A stretch of DNA of 64,000 nucleotides from an uncultured Chloroflexia bacterium (GTDB lineage: Bacteria; Chloroflexota; Dehalococcoidia; DSTF01; JALHUB01): positions 1,590,582-1,654,581 of the forward strand of contig OY970386.1 of the NCBI GenBank assembly GCA_963719465.1, in the 5' to 3' direction. Below the pieces are notes generated by a model, which did not search any database, was not told where the DNA came from, and was given only the letters and a program-made list of their open reading frames with translations. Shown piece by piece: positions 12,108-20,868 of this stretch; the first letter of the stretch is position 1, and every line of letters begins with the position of its first letter. A program made the translations under genes and the position numbers.

Positions 12108-13574
12108 CTACGCCTGCTGCTCGCTCAGGAAGCGGTGGATTCCCTCGGCTGCCCTTTGTGCGTCGGCGATCGCGGTCACCACGAGGTCAGCGCCATGAGC
12201 GCAGTCGCCGCCGGCGAAGACGCCGGGAAGGCTGGTCGCGCCGGTCTCCGGGTCGATGGCGACCTCGCCCCAACGGCTCGTCTTCAGGCTAGTGCATCCC
12301 TGGACCGCCGCCTTATCGACGTTGAAGCCAAGAGCGAACACCACCGTGTCGACATCGATCATGAACTCCGAGTTGGCGATCGGAAGAGGACGTCGCCGGC
12401 CGCTTTCGTCGGGCTCGCCCAGCTCCATTCGTTGGCATTCCAGCTTTTGGACATGTTCGGACGCATCGCCCAGCAGGCGGACGGGCGCCGCCAGGAAGAG
12501 GAATTGCGCTCCTTCTTCCCGCGCGTTCGTCCGCTCGGCCGCCCGCCCCGGCATTTCCGCTTCCGTCCGCCGGTAGACGCAGGTCACCTGTCTAGCGCCG
12601 AGTCGAAGCGCTGTCCGGAGGCAGTCCACCGCCGTGTCGCCGCCGCCGATGACCGCGACGCGTGAGCCGACCTCGACCGGGCGTCGCATCAACTCCGGCA
12701 GCTTGGCGGGCGCGACGTTAGCCCGCACGAGGAAGTCCATCGCCTGGTAGACACCAGCCAGCTCGCTGGCGGCACCCTGGTCGGGCAGCGGCAGCAACGT
12801 CTCTTTCGTCGCGCCGTAGCCGAGGAAGACGGCGTCGTAGGCGTCGGTCAGCTCTTCGACGGTCACGTCCTCGCCCAGAACAGTGCTCTGCCGGAACTCG
12901 ACGCCCAGTCGTCTCAGAAAAGCGATCTTCTCCTCGACGATAGCCTTGTCCATCTTGAAGCTCGGGATGCCGTAGAGAAGCAGGCCGCCCGGTTCGGGCC
13001 AGGCGTCGAGCACGGTGCAGTGGTGGCCCTTCCTGGCGAGCTCTTCCGCGACCGTCAGGCCGGCCGGCCCGCCGCCGACGATCGCGACGCGCTTGCCGGT
13101 AGAGGGCGTGACCGGCGGCAGCGGACGCCCCCCGTGCTGTCGCTGGTAGTCGGTGATGAACACCTCTATGCGACCGATCGCCACGGCCCGCGAGCTTTTC
13201 GCCAGCACACAATGACCCTCGCACTGGCGCTCCTGCGGGCACAGGCGCGAGCACATCTCCGGCATCGGACTTGTCTCCCGCAGCTTTGCCGCGGCGCCGA
13301 GGACGTCCTCCGATTCGAGCAGCGCGAGGTAGCCCGGAATGTCGTTATGAATCGGACAGGCCTTCATGCAGGGCGCCGCCGGGCACTGGATGCAGCGGCT
13401 CGCCTCCAGGCGCGCGGTCTTGCCGTCCCAGGGCAGGTAGATCTCATCCCAGTCCCGGGCGCGGCTCTCCGCTGGCCGCTTGTCGATAGGCTGGGGCGGC
13501 AGCTTTAGCCGCGCTTTCCTGTCGACGGGGTGCTTTGTCTCCGTTGTTACGGCGTTGTCCCTTCCGGCAAGCAT
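12108..13574 (-). CDS. GltD/SudA/NfnB-like NAD(P)H-dependent Fe-S flavoprotein oxidoreductase
   Basis: RCIQCPAAPCMKACP, CSRLCPQERQCEGHC, GGGPAG, GGGDTAVD, YRRTEAEMP, FAGGD. Confidence 0.9.
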   Translation of the reverse strand: MLAGRDNAVTTETKHPVDRKARLKLPPQPIDKRPAESRARDWDEIYLPWDGKTARLEASRCIQCPAAPCMKACPIHNDIPGYLALLESEDVLGAAAKLRETSPMPEMCSRLCPQERQCEGHCVLAKSSRAVAIGRIEVFITDYQRQHGGRPLPPVTPSTGKRVAIVGGGPAGLTVAEELARKGHHCTVLDAWPEPGGLLLYGIPSFKMDKAIVEEKIAFLRRLGVEFRQSTVLGEDVTVEELTDAYDAVFLGYGATKETLLPLPDQGAASELAGVYQAMDFLVRANVAPAKLPELMRRPVEVGSRVAVIGGGDTAVDCLRTALRLGARQVTCVYRRTEAEMPGRAAERTNAREEGAQFLFLAAPVRLLGDASEHVQKLECQRMELGEPDESGRRRPLPIANSEFMIDVDTVVFALGFNVDKAAVQGCTSLKTSRWGEVAIDPETGATSLPGVFAGGDCAHGADLVVTAIADAQRAAEGIHRFLSEQQA

Positions 13575-13622
13575 GTGCTCCCACTCTTAGCTTACACGAG
13601 CCATGCGAAGGGGGGCAAGGAG

Positions 13623-14531
13623 TCAAGCCGGATCGGCAGGTGTGGATGGCAGCGCCCGCGTGTCGGTCTCGCTGTCGAGCAGCGTCGCCGGGTGGCGCAG
13701 CGACGCCAGCAGGCCGCGCTTCGGCGAGAAGACGAGCGCCAGCGTGAAGAAGCTCGTGGCGACGAGCACTATCGCCGCACCCGACGCCACCGACGCGTAG
13801 TAGGAGGCGTATAGCCCTACGACCGACGAAATGAACCCGATGACCGCGCCGCCGAACATTATGAGATGCAGCCGCCGCACCAGCAGCGCCGCCGTCGCGG
13901 CCGGCGTGACGAGCATGGCGACGACCAGGACGATTCCCACGGCTTTCAGCGCTACGACGGCGGAGATCGCGATCAGCGCCAGCAGGCCGTAGTGGAGGAA
14001 GCGGACGGGGATGCCGGAGGCCGCCGCCATCTCGGGGTCATAGGCGTAAAAGAGGAGCTCTTTGTAGAAGATGGCGACGACAGCGATGACCACCGCTGCC
14101 ATGCAAGCGATGAGCACGAGGTCGTGACGCCCGACGCCCAGGACGTTGCCGAAAACAAAGCTGAACAGGTCGACGGTATAGTTGCTCTGATGGCTGATGA
14201 CGACGACGCCCAGCGCGAACACGCCGACGAAGATTATGCCGATGGCCGTGTCGACGCTGAGGCGCGCCCGCCGACCCACGTAGCCGATCGCCATGGCCGT
14301 CGCAATCGCAGCTATCATCGCGCCCACGTAGATGCTGCCGCCCAGCACAAACGCTATTGCTATGCCGCCAAAGGAGGCGTGCGCCAGCGCGTCGCCGATG
14401 AAGGCGAGCCCCTTGAGCACGACGAAGGCGCCGATGACCGCGCTCACGATGCTCACCATCGTCAGGGCCAGCAGAGCGCGCTGCATGAAGGCGTACTGCA
14501 TGGGGTTCGATAGCCAGGTCCAGAACGTCAT
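13623..14531 (-). CDS. Zn/Mn ABC transporter permease
   Basis: FMQRAL, GDALAHA, LFSFVFGNVL, VGIVLVVAMLVTPAATA; ATG overlaps the ATPase stop (ATGA). Confidence 0.92.
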   Translation of the reverse strand: MTFWTWLSNPMQYAFMQRALLALTMVSIVSAVIGAFVVLKGLAFIGDALAHASFGGIAIAFVLGGSIYVGAMIAAIATAMAIGYVGRRARLSVDTAIGIIFVGVFALGVVVISHQSNYTVDLFSFVFGNVLGVGRHDLVLIACMAAVVIAVVAIFYKELLFYAYDPEMAAASGIPVRFLHYGLLALIAISAVVALKAVGIVLVVAMLVTPAATAALLVRRLHLIMFGGAVIGFISSVVGLYASYYASVASGAAIVLVATSFFTLALVFSPKRGLLASLRHPATLLDSETDTRALPSTPADPA

Positions 14532-15331
14532 GCATGGCCGTGATGGTCCACGTAGAATCCGCCCTCGATGGGCAGCGTTATCAGATGGCTCTCGAAGGTC
14601 TCGTCCAGCAGCTCCTTCGTGAACGTCTTCTCCGGCTCGCCATAAGCGATCTTGCGCCGGTTCATCAGGAGGACGCGGTTGAAGCAACACTCGACGCAGG
14701 AGAGGTCATGGGTCGCCATTAGCAGCGTCCTTCCTTCGTCGCGGAGGCCTTCGAAGATGGTGAGCAGCTCATGTTGGATGGTGGCATCGAGGCCTGCCAT
14801 CGGCTCGTCCATCAGCAGGACGCGCGGCTCCTGCGCCAGCGCCCGGGCGATAAGGACGCGCCGCTGCTGGCCGCCCGAGAGCTCGCCAATCTGGCGTTTC
14901 GACAGGTCGGCGATTGCCAGTCGCTCCAGGGACTGGTCGACGACGCGCCTGTCCTCGGCGCCGGGCCAGCGCAACGGCCCCAGGCGTCCGAACCGCCCCA
15001 TCGTGACCACGTCGCGGACGGTGACGGGAAAGTCCCAGTCGACCGACTCCGTCTGCGGCGTATAGCCGATGAGGCGTCGCGCGTTCGCCGGCTCGCGGCC
15101 GAAGATGCGCACCTGACCGCGCCACACGCCATGCGTCCCGAGAATGACCTTGATCAAGGTAGACTTGCCGGAGCCGTTGGGCCCCACCAGCGCCACCATG
15201 GTTGCCGGAGCTGCCTCAAAGCCGATTCCGCGGAGGGCGGTCTGATTGCCGTAGCCGGCCCACACGTCCTCGACGCGCACCGCCACGTCGTCGGCCGGCT
15301 GGGTCGCTTGTCGCGAAGGGAATAGCTTCAT
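14528..15331 (-). CDS. Zn/Mn ABC transporter ATP-binding protein
   Basis: GPNGSGKST, LSGGQQRRV, LLMDEP. Confidence 0.94.
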   Translation of the reverse strand: MKLFPSRQATQPADDVAVRVEDVWAGYGNQTALRGIGFEAAPATMVALVGPNGSGKSTLIKVILGTHGVWRGQVRIFGREPANARRLIGYTPQTESVDWDFPVTVRDVVTMGRFGRLGPLRWPGAEDRRVVDQSLERLAIADLSKRQIGELSGGQQRRVLIARALAQEPRVLLMDEPMAGLDATIQHELLTIFEGLRDEGRTLLMATHDLSCVECCFNRVLLMNRRKIAYGEPEKTFTKELLDETFESHLITLPIEGGFYVDHHGHA

Positions 15332-16245
15332 TTCAGCCCCTCCACCAGGTTTTGCTCGTCGAAACGCATCAGCTCGACGTACGAGTGCACTTTGCCGGAG
15401 TAGGCATCGCTCAGGAGCTGCTTCACCTGGACGTGGGCCTCGCTCGCAACGGTATCCAGGAGCTGCGGGTTGAACTCGGGCTCGGCGAACACCGTCGGGA
15501 CGTGCTGAGCTCGGATCTGGTCTATCAGGTTGGCGATGTCCTGAGCGCTCGCCTCCTTTCCTTCCGACTGGACGACGAAGCCGACGAGCGTTAGCCCGTA
15601 GCGGTCGGCGAGGTAGGGGTACGCGTCGTGGAAGGTCACGAGCTTACGGTTGTCCGGCGGTATGGATTGGATAGCCGCCGCGAACTCCTTGTCGAGCGTG
15701 TCGAGCTGCGAGAGATAGGCGGAGGCATTGGCCCGAAAAGCGTCGGTGTCCTGTGGGTCCGCGGCGATGAGCGCGTCCCTGATACTTTCGACGTAGCGCT
15801 CCGCGTTCTGGACGTTCAGCCAGAGGTGAGGGTTGCTGGCCTCGCCTTCGGCGGCGTTGCCGGCGAGCGTTGGTAGACCCTTCGACATCTCGACCACCTG
15901 AACGCCTGAGCGCACGTTATTGTAGATCAAGTCATGCAGCGTCTGCTCCAGGTTGAGGCCGTTGATGACCACCAGGTCGGCCTGCGCGACCGCCTTCACC
16001 TGCGAGGGGACCGGCTCGTACGTATGAGGGTCGGCATCGGCGGGAACAAGCGCGGTGACCTGCACTTTGTCGCCGCCGACGTTCTGGATAAGGTCGGCAA
16101 AGAGGTTCAGCGATGTCACGACGCGGATCTGGCCGGAGGCGCTCTGGCTCGTCGTCCCACCGCACGAGGCGACGAGCAGGCCCAGCGCCACGGCGACAAC
16201 GAGCGTCGGCGCAACTCTGCGAGATAGCCCCTTCAAGGCCCTCAT
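15328..16245 (-). CDS. Zn/Mn ABC transporter substrate-binding lipoprotein
   Basis: Lipobox VASC; DPHTYEP, NPHLWL, HDAYPYL; ATG at 16245 overlaps the fur stop. Confidence 0.93.
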   Translation of the reverse strand: MRALKGLSRRVAPTLVVAVALGLLVASCGGTTSQSASGQIRVVTSLNLFADLIQNVGGDKVQVTALVPADADPHTYEPVPSQVKAVAQADLVVINGLNLEQTLHDLIYNNVRSGVQVVEMSKGLPTLAGNAAEGEASNPHLWLNVQNAERYVESIRDALIAADPQDTDAFRANASAYLSQLDTLDKEFAAAIQSIPPDNRKLVTFHDAYPYLADRYGLTLVGFVVQSEGKEASAQDIANLIDQIRAQHVPTVFAEPEFNPQLLDTVASEAHVQVKQLLSDAYSGKVHSYVELMRFDEQNLVEGLK

Positions 16246-16673
16246 AGCGACCCCGCGATCTCTTGACACGCGGGGCATAGACCGAACAGCTCCAGCCGGT
16301 GTCCCTGGATATCGTAGTTCGTGCGGCCGGCAAGCGCTACGGAGACTGCGTCCAGGTCGCATTCCGCGAAGTCCTCGACGCTGCCGCAGCCGGTGCAGAC
16401 GAGATGATGATGGTGGTGAGCCGCCGCGCTCGACCGATAACAGGGCGTGCCGTCCTCCAGCAGCACGCGGCAAAGCAGGCCGAGCTCGACGAGCAGCCGG
16501 ATCGTGCGGAAGACCGTCGCCCGGCCAAGCTGCGGCAGACGGCGCTGCATCTCGGCGACGCTGAAGGGCTCGTCGGCCGCCAGCGCCGCATCGACGACGG
16601 CGCGTCGGCGGGCCGTGAGGCGAAAGCCGTTGGCCTTCAGCAATTCGTCCACAGCGGCTTGTTTCGTTCTCAT
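16242..16673 (-). CDS. Fur-family regulator (Zur/Mur-like)
   Basis: ATVFRTI, HHHHHLVCTGCG, FGLCPAC; first gene of the metal ABC operon. Confidence 0.93.
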   Translation of the reverse strand: MRTKQAAVDELLKANGFRLTARRRAVVDAALAADEPFSVAEMQRRLPQLGRATVFRTIRLLVELGLLCRVLLEDGTPCYRSSAAAHHHHHLVCTGCGSVEDFAECDLDAVSVALAGRTNYDIQGHRLELFGLCPACQEIAGSL

Positions 16674-16679
16674 CGCAAA

Positions 16680-16694
16680 TGATACCTGGTATCA
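16680..16694. promoter_or_regulatory. 7-1-7 palindrome, putative Fur/Zur operator
   Basis: TGATACC-T-GGTATCA, 6 bp upstream of the fur start and immediately downstream of the promoter -10. Confidence 0.7.
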
Positions 16695-16699
16695 ATATC

Positions 16700-16728
16700 A
16701 AGATAGACCGGCCCAGCGGCTTTGTCAA
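16700..16728 (-). promoter_or_regulatory. Sigma70-type promoter of the fur-ABC operon
   Basis: Minus strand TTGACA-N17-TATCTT. Confidence 0.6.
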
Positions 16729-16744
16729 GCCGCCAGGCGGAAAT

Positions 16745-16800
16745 TGACCTGCCCCCCGAAAACGAGTCCAAACCCAAGGTTACTTAGGGGGGACAGGTCA
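16745..16800. mobile_element. Collapsed IS3-like remnant (two terminal inverted repeats, no transposase)
   Basis: TGACCTGCCCCCC...GGGGGACAGGTCA, 12/13 inverted match with TG...CA ends; no target duplication seen. Confidence 0.55.
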
Positions 16801-16954
16801 CTATGGCTGCGGGGCTAACGTTCAATGTTGTGCCGGTAACGGGGGCAAATCAGTGGCCGTTGGCCAGGGGGAACTGATAGCATGTATAAGGAATTCCGGT
16901 ACGCCGGAGTACGAGAAGGCACTTGGCGTGAAATGAGGGGCGGAGAGGATAGCA

Positions 16955-17806
16955 ATGGCTGACCTGCTTTTGACCATCAAGATCGGCATCAACCCGGACA
17001 TTGGGCACATCGGCGGTTTCCTCCTGACCTGGCACGGCATGATCACCGCCCTCGCCATCATCCTGGGCGTTTGGGTCGGCGTCTGGTTCGGCCGCCGCGC
17101 CGGTTTCACCGAGGACGACGCCTACGCCATCGCCCTCGTCTGCGTCCCCGCCGGCATCATCGGCGCCCGCGTCCTCTTCGTTCTCGAAAACAGGGAACTG
17201 TTCGCCGGCCACTTGTTGGATGTCTTCCGCATAAACGAAGGCGGCATATCGCTTTACGGCGCCCTGATCGCTGGGGTTGGCGCCGGTCTTATATACGGTA
17301 TCTGGAAGAAGCTGCCCCTCCTTGTGGGTTTGGACGCCGCCGCCTTCGGAGAGATCCTCGGCCAGGGGGTCGGCCGCATCGCCTGCCTCGTCACCGGCGA
17401 CATCTTCGGCAAGCCCAGCTCACTGCCTTTCGCGGTTCAGTACACCAACATCAACAGCCCCGCCTTCGCGCGCGGGCCGATGCAGTTCGTCACCGCCTAC
17501 GAAGTCTTGGGCGACTTCCTGATCTTGGGCCTCCTCTTGCTGCTCTGGAAACTGAGAATATTCAAACGCAACGGCGTTCTCTTTTTCCTCTACGCCGGGC
17601 TCTATGCGGTGTTGCGCTTTGGCATCAGCTTCCTGCGGATCGACAAGGAAGTTTTCGGCGGCCTTCGCATGGCCCAACTGATCGCTCTGGCGGTCATCGC
17701 CGTATCCATAGTGGCCCTCACCCTCATCTCTCTCCGCGGGAGGCGGGCCCGGGTGGCTTTCCCGGCGGCTGACGCCCCGCCGGTAAAAGGCCGCGCCGAG
17801 CTCTAG
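16955..17806 (+). CDS. lgt: Prolipoprotein diacylglyceryl transferase
   Basis: GIIGARV, GGISLYGAL, GQGVGRIAC, RFGISFLR; multiple TM helices. Confidence 0.88.
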   Translation: MADLLLTIKIGINPDIGHIGGFLLTWHGMITALAIILGVWVGVWFGRRAGFTEDDAYAIALVCVPAGIIGARVLFVLENRELFAGHLLDVFRINEGGISLYGALIAGVGAGLIYGIWKKLPLLVGLDAAAFGEILGQGVGRIACLVTGDIFGKPSSLPFAVQYTNINSPAFARGPMQFVTAYEVLGDFLILGLLLLLWKLRIFKRNGVLFFLYAGLYAVLRFGISFLRIDKEVFGGLRMAQLIALAVIAVSIVALTLISLRGRRARVAFPAADAPPVKGRAEL

Positions 17807-17943
17807 ACAGCCGGAGCCTTCTTAGCTGCGACCGCCGGTGTATCGCCGAAGACGGTAGCCCGGCCGAGGTGCGGCAAACGTAGCTGCATGCCCGCGACGC
17901 TGAACGGCTGGTCGCCCGCCAACGCCTCGTCGACAACGGCCAT
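17803..17943 (-). pseudogene. Decayed partial duplicate of the fur gene
   Basis: Reads MAVVDEALAGDQPFSVAGMQLRLPHLGRATVF versus AVVDAALAADEPFSVAEMQRRLPQLGRATVF in Fur; similarity ends abruptly at ~17848. Confidence 0.8.
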
Positions 17944-18019
17944 CCGGGCTTGTCACGCCGTTTGGGCGACATTCTTCGCGAGAGTGTTATACTGAAGGCC
18001 GCTGACTCTCGGCACCACG

Positions 18020-18979
18020 GTGCGCCGTCGAAACCAAATGACTTCACGAAAACGCCTCTTTCTTCTCGCCGCGGTCCTCGGCACGGTCTGGAGCTACTCC
18101 AGCCGGCGGATGCGACGCTGGGAGGACCGCGATCTTGCTTCCGCCCCCAAGCCGGGCCGTGAAGTCTACGTCGACGGGGTTCGCCTCCACTACGTCGAAG
18201 CGGGCGAAGGGCCGCCGCTGCTTCTGCTGCACGGCCTTAACGGCTCGACGTTCAGCTTTCGTCTTCTGATGCCCTATCTGGCGCCGCACTTTCGGACGAT
18301 CGCTCTCGACCTCAAGGGCTTCGGCTTTTCCGACCGCCCGGCCGGCGGCGATTACTCGCTGGGGGAGCAGGCGCGGCTCGTCGCGGGTTTTCTCGACGCC
18401 CTCGGCGTCGAGAAGGCCTTCGTGCTCGGCCATTCGCTCGGCGGCGCTGTCGCCATGCGCTTGGCCATCGCCTATCCGGAGCGGGTCGAACGGCTCATCC
18501 TCGTCTCCGCTGCCGATGACAGCGAGTTGCGAAAAGGACTTCGGAGCGCGCGGGTCATCCGGCCGATGCTGCCCATCGTCGCCGCCTTCACACTGCAAAA
18601 CGAGCGCTTCCGCCGCATGTCGTTGCGGAGCGCCTGCTACGATCCGGCTTTCGTCACGCCGGAGGTCGTGGAAGGCTACCTATCGCCAACCCACATCCGC
18701 GGCCATCTGCGCGCTCTCGGCTCGCTGATGGTCGACCGCCGGCGCGACGCGCCGCTCGACGTTACTTCCATCACCCAGCCGACGCTCATCCTCTGGGGTA
18801 CGGCCGACCGCTGGATGCCGTCCGTTCACGGCCAGGCGTTGCAGTCGCTCATCCCCGAGGCGAGTCTCGTGCTCATCGAGAAGGCCGGGCACCTGGTGCT
18901 GGAGGAGCAGCCTCAAGAGAGCTCAGGCGCTATAATCGATTTCCTGAAGCGTGACGAACCTCGGCTGAAGGAGGCTTGA
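18020..18979 (+). CDS. Alpha/beta fold hydrolase
   Basis: LLLHG, DLKGFGFS, GHSLGG nucleophile, ILWGTAD, AGHL. Confidence 0.92.
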   Translation: MRRRNQMTSRKRLFLLAAVLGTVWSYSSRRMRRWEDRDLASAPKPGREVYVDGVRLHYVEAGEGPPLLLLHGLNGSTFSFRLLMPYLAPHFRTIALDLKGFGFSDRPAGGDYSLGEQARLVAGFLDALGVEKAFVLGHSLGGAVAMRLAIAYPERVERLILVSAADDSELRKGLRSARVIRPMLPIVAAFTLQNERFRRMSLRSACYDPAFVTPEVVEGYLSPTHIRGHLRALGSLMVDRRRDAPLDVTSITQPTLILWGTADRWMPSVHGQALQSLIPEASLVLIEKAGHLVLEEQPQESSGAIIDFLKRDEPRLKEA

Positions 18980-19025
18980 TCGTCGCGCTGGAATGTCGGC
19001 AGACTAGATAGTTGAGGCAGAACGA

Positions 19026-19775
19026 ATGCAACCACGAAAGACGAGGAAGAAGCAGCAGGCATCCAGTAGCCGAACCTGGATGCCGATAGCGCTTATTGGC
19101 GGCGCCGCGATAATCGTTGTCGTCGTCATCGTTGTCGCTATCAACGTTGTAAACAGCGGCGGCCCGGGCGTCACCAAAGGGAGGGCGATACCGGGCCCGA
19201 CTCATTCTGCGCCTCAGAGCGATGCGAGCGCCGGCCAGGATAGCGCCCCGGTCACGCTGGTGGAATTCTTCCGCTTCGATTGCTCGCACTGCGAGGACTT
19301 CGCCCTCAACACCGCTCCCAGCATCGAGAAGGACTACGTGGACACGGGCAAGCTGCGAATCGTCTTCCATCCGCTCGCGGTGGCGGCAAGCGGCGATGTG
19401 TTGACGGCGTCGGAGGCGGCTGCCTGCGCCGGCGATCAGAACCACTACTGGGACTACTATGATGAGATCTTCAACAACTTCTCGATCGCCAATCCCTACA
19501 TCAAGGACAACCTCAAGCAGTACGCCAAAGACCTGGGGCTGGATACCAACGCTTTCAATTCCTGTCTCGACTCTGACAAATACAAGGACCAGATCATCAA
19601 CGACACGAACGCCGACGTTAAAGTCGGCATCAACTCAACCCCAACGTTCTACCTCGGCAAGACGAGCCTCATGAACAGCGAACCTGCCCCCTTCTCCGGC
19701 TCGACGCCGATAATAGGCGCGCAGCCCTACAGCGCCTTCAAGACCGATATCGATAAGGTGCTCGCGGGGCAATAG
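19026..19775 (+). CDS. Membrane-anchored DsbA-family thiol-disulfide oxidoreductase
   Basis: TM anchor, FDCSHC, GINSTPTF, GAQPY. Confidence 0.9.
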   Translation: MQPRKTRKKQQASSSRTWMPIALIGGAAIIVVVVIVVAINVVNSGGPGVTKGRAIPGPTHSAPQSDASAGQDSAPVTLVEFFRFDCSHCEDFALNTAPSIEKDYVDTGKLRIVFHPLAVAASGDVLTASEAAACAGDQNHYWDYYDEIFNNFSIANPYIKDNLKQYAKDLGLDTNAFNSCLDSDKYKDQIINDTNADVKVGINSTPTFYLGKTSLMNSEPAPFSGSTPIIGAQPYSAFKTDIDKVLAGQ

Positions 19776-20275
19776 TGGACGAGGTCGACTTGGCGGAGGA
19801 TGAGGGCTGGGCGGCCGCGGGCGCCGGCGAGAAGCTTGCCGCCGGACTGCTGGCCCTGCTGGCCGTGGCCGGCGTCGGCGTCGCCGGCTATCTGACGTAC
19901 GTCCACTGGTTCGACAAGCCCATCGCCTGCGGAGGGCTGCATACCTGCCGCGCCGTTGCTGAAAGCAGCTATGCCTGGATCGGCGGCGTGCCGGTCGCCT
20001 TCTTCGGCCTGCTGGGCTACCTGGCGATACTGGCGGTCTCGCTCCTCTGGCTGGCGACGGGTGATCGATTCGAGGGCAAGCCCCTGCTGGCTATCTGGGG
20101 GATGAGCCTCGCTGGCCTGGCTTATTCGATCTACCTCACGTACATCGAGCTGTTCGTGATCAACGCCGTCTGCGTGTGGTGCGCGAGCTCCGCGGTCATA
20201 ATGACGGCCATCTTCATCGTGTCTAGCGGCGCGCTCGTGCTTTTGGGCCGCGAAGGCGGCTTCGAGGAAGACTAG
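19775..20275 (+). CDS. Vitamin K epoxide reductase (VKOR) family protein
   Basis: C-x5-C loop, SSYA, GVPVAFFG, CVWC; coupled to dsbA. Confidence 0.9.
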   Translation: MDEVDLAEDEGWAAAGAGEKLAAGLLALLAVAGVGVAGYLTYVHWFDKPIACGGLHTCRAVAESSYAWIGGVPVAFFGLLGYLAILAVSLLWLATGDRFEGKPLLAIWGMSLAGLAYSIYLTYIELFVINAVCVWCASSAVIMTAIFIVSSGALVLLGREGGFEED

Positions 20276-20839
20276 GCCGGCGTTCCGCGCAGCCCGAGCT
20301 CGTCCGCTATCCCCTTCAGCGCTTCCGTGACCTCGGCAATGTGCTCGTTGAGGTCGATGCCCATCGCCTCCGCCCCTTTGATAATGTCATCGCGGTTGAC
20401 GGCACGGGCGAAAGCCTTGTCTTTCATCTTCTTCCGCACCGACGAAGGCTCGAACGTCGAGGATGCTCTTGCTGGGCCGCACCAGCGCGACGGCGATGAT
20501 AAAGCCGGAGAGCTCATCGACGGCGTAGAGCGTCTTCTCCATCATCGTGTCGCGCGAAAGGCGCAGGTGCTCCGCGTGGCTCAGGGCAGCGCGGATGATG
20601 TCCTCGGGGACGCCGCGCTCGCGCAGGATAATGGCGCCGTCCTGCGGGTGCTGGTCCAGCGTGGGATGGATCTCGTAGTCGAAGTCGTGCAGCAGGCCGA
20701 CGACGGCCCACTTCTCCTCGTCCTCGCCGAATTTGCGGGCGTAGCGGCGCATCGCCGCCTCGACCGCGAGGCCGTGCTTGCGCAGGCTGTCGCTCTTCGT
20801 GTACTCGCAGAGCAGGTCCCAGGCTTCTTCTCGCTTCAT
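20272..20839 (-). CDS. HD-domain phosphohydrolase (+1 frameshift at ~20453, probable sequence error)
   Basis: LRKHGLAVE, GLLHDFDYE, AVDELSGFI in one frame; SVRKKMKDKAFARAVNRDDI in the next. Confidence 0.85.
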
Positions 20840-20868
20840 CTCGTCTCTCCTGTCGAATGGCTGCCGGA

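Noticed and set aside
16796-16816. Beta-carbonic anhydrase motif GHYGCGA
   Set aside because: Part of it comes from the IS-like inverted repeat, and the following residues do not resemble carbonic anhydrase.
16800-16885. c-di-GMP-I riboswitch (GGCAAA, GGGGCTAA words)
   Set aside because: The elements are in the wrong order and GACGCAAA is missing.
19026-20275. DsbA-VKOR pair as a novel system
   Set aside because: Well-established disulfide-bond formation pathway.
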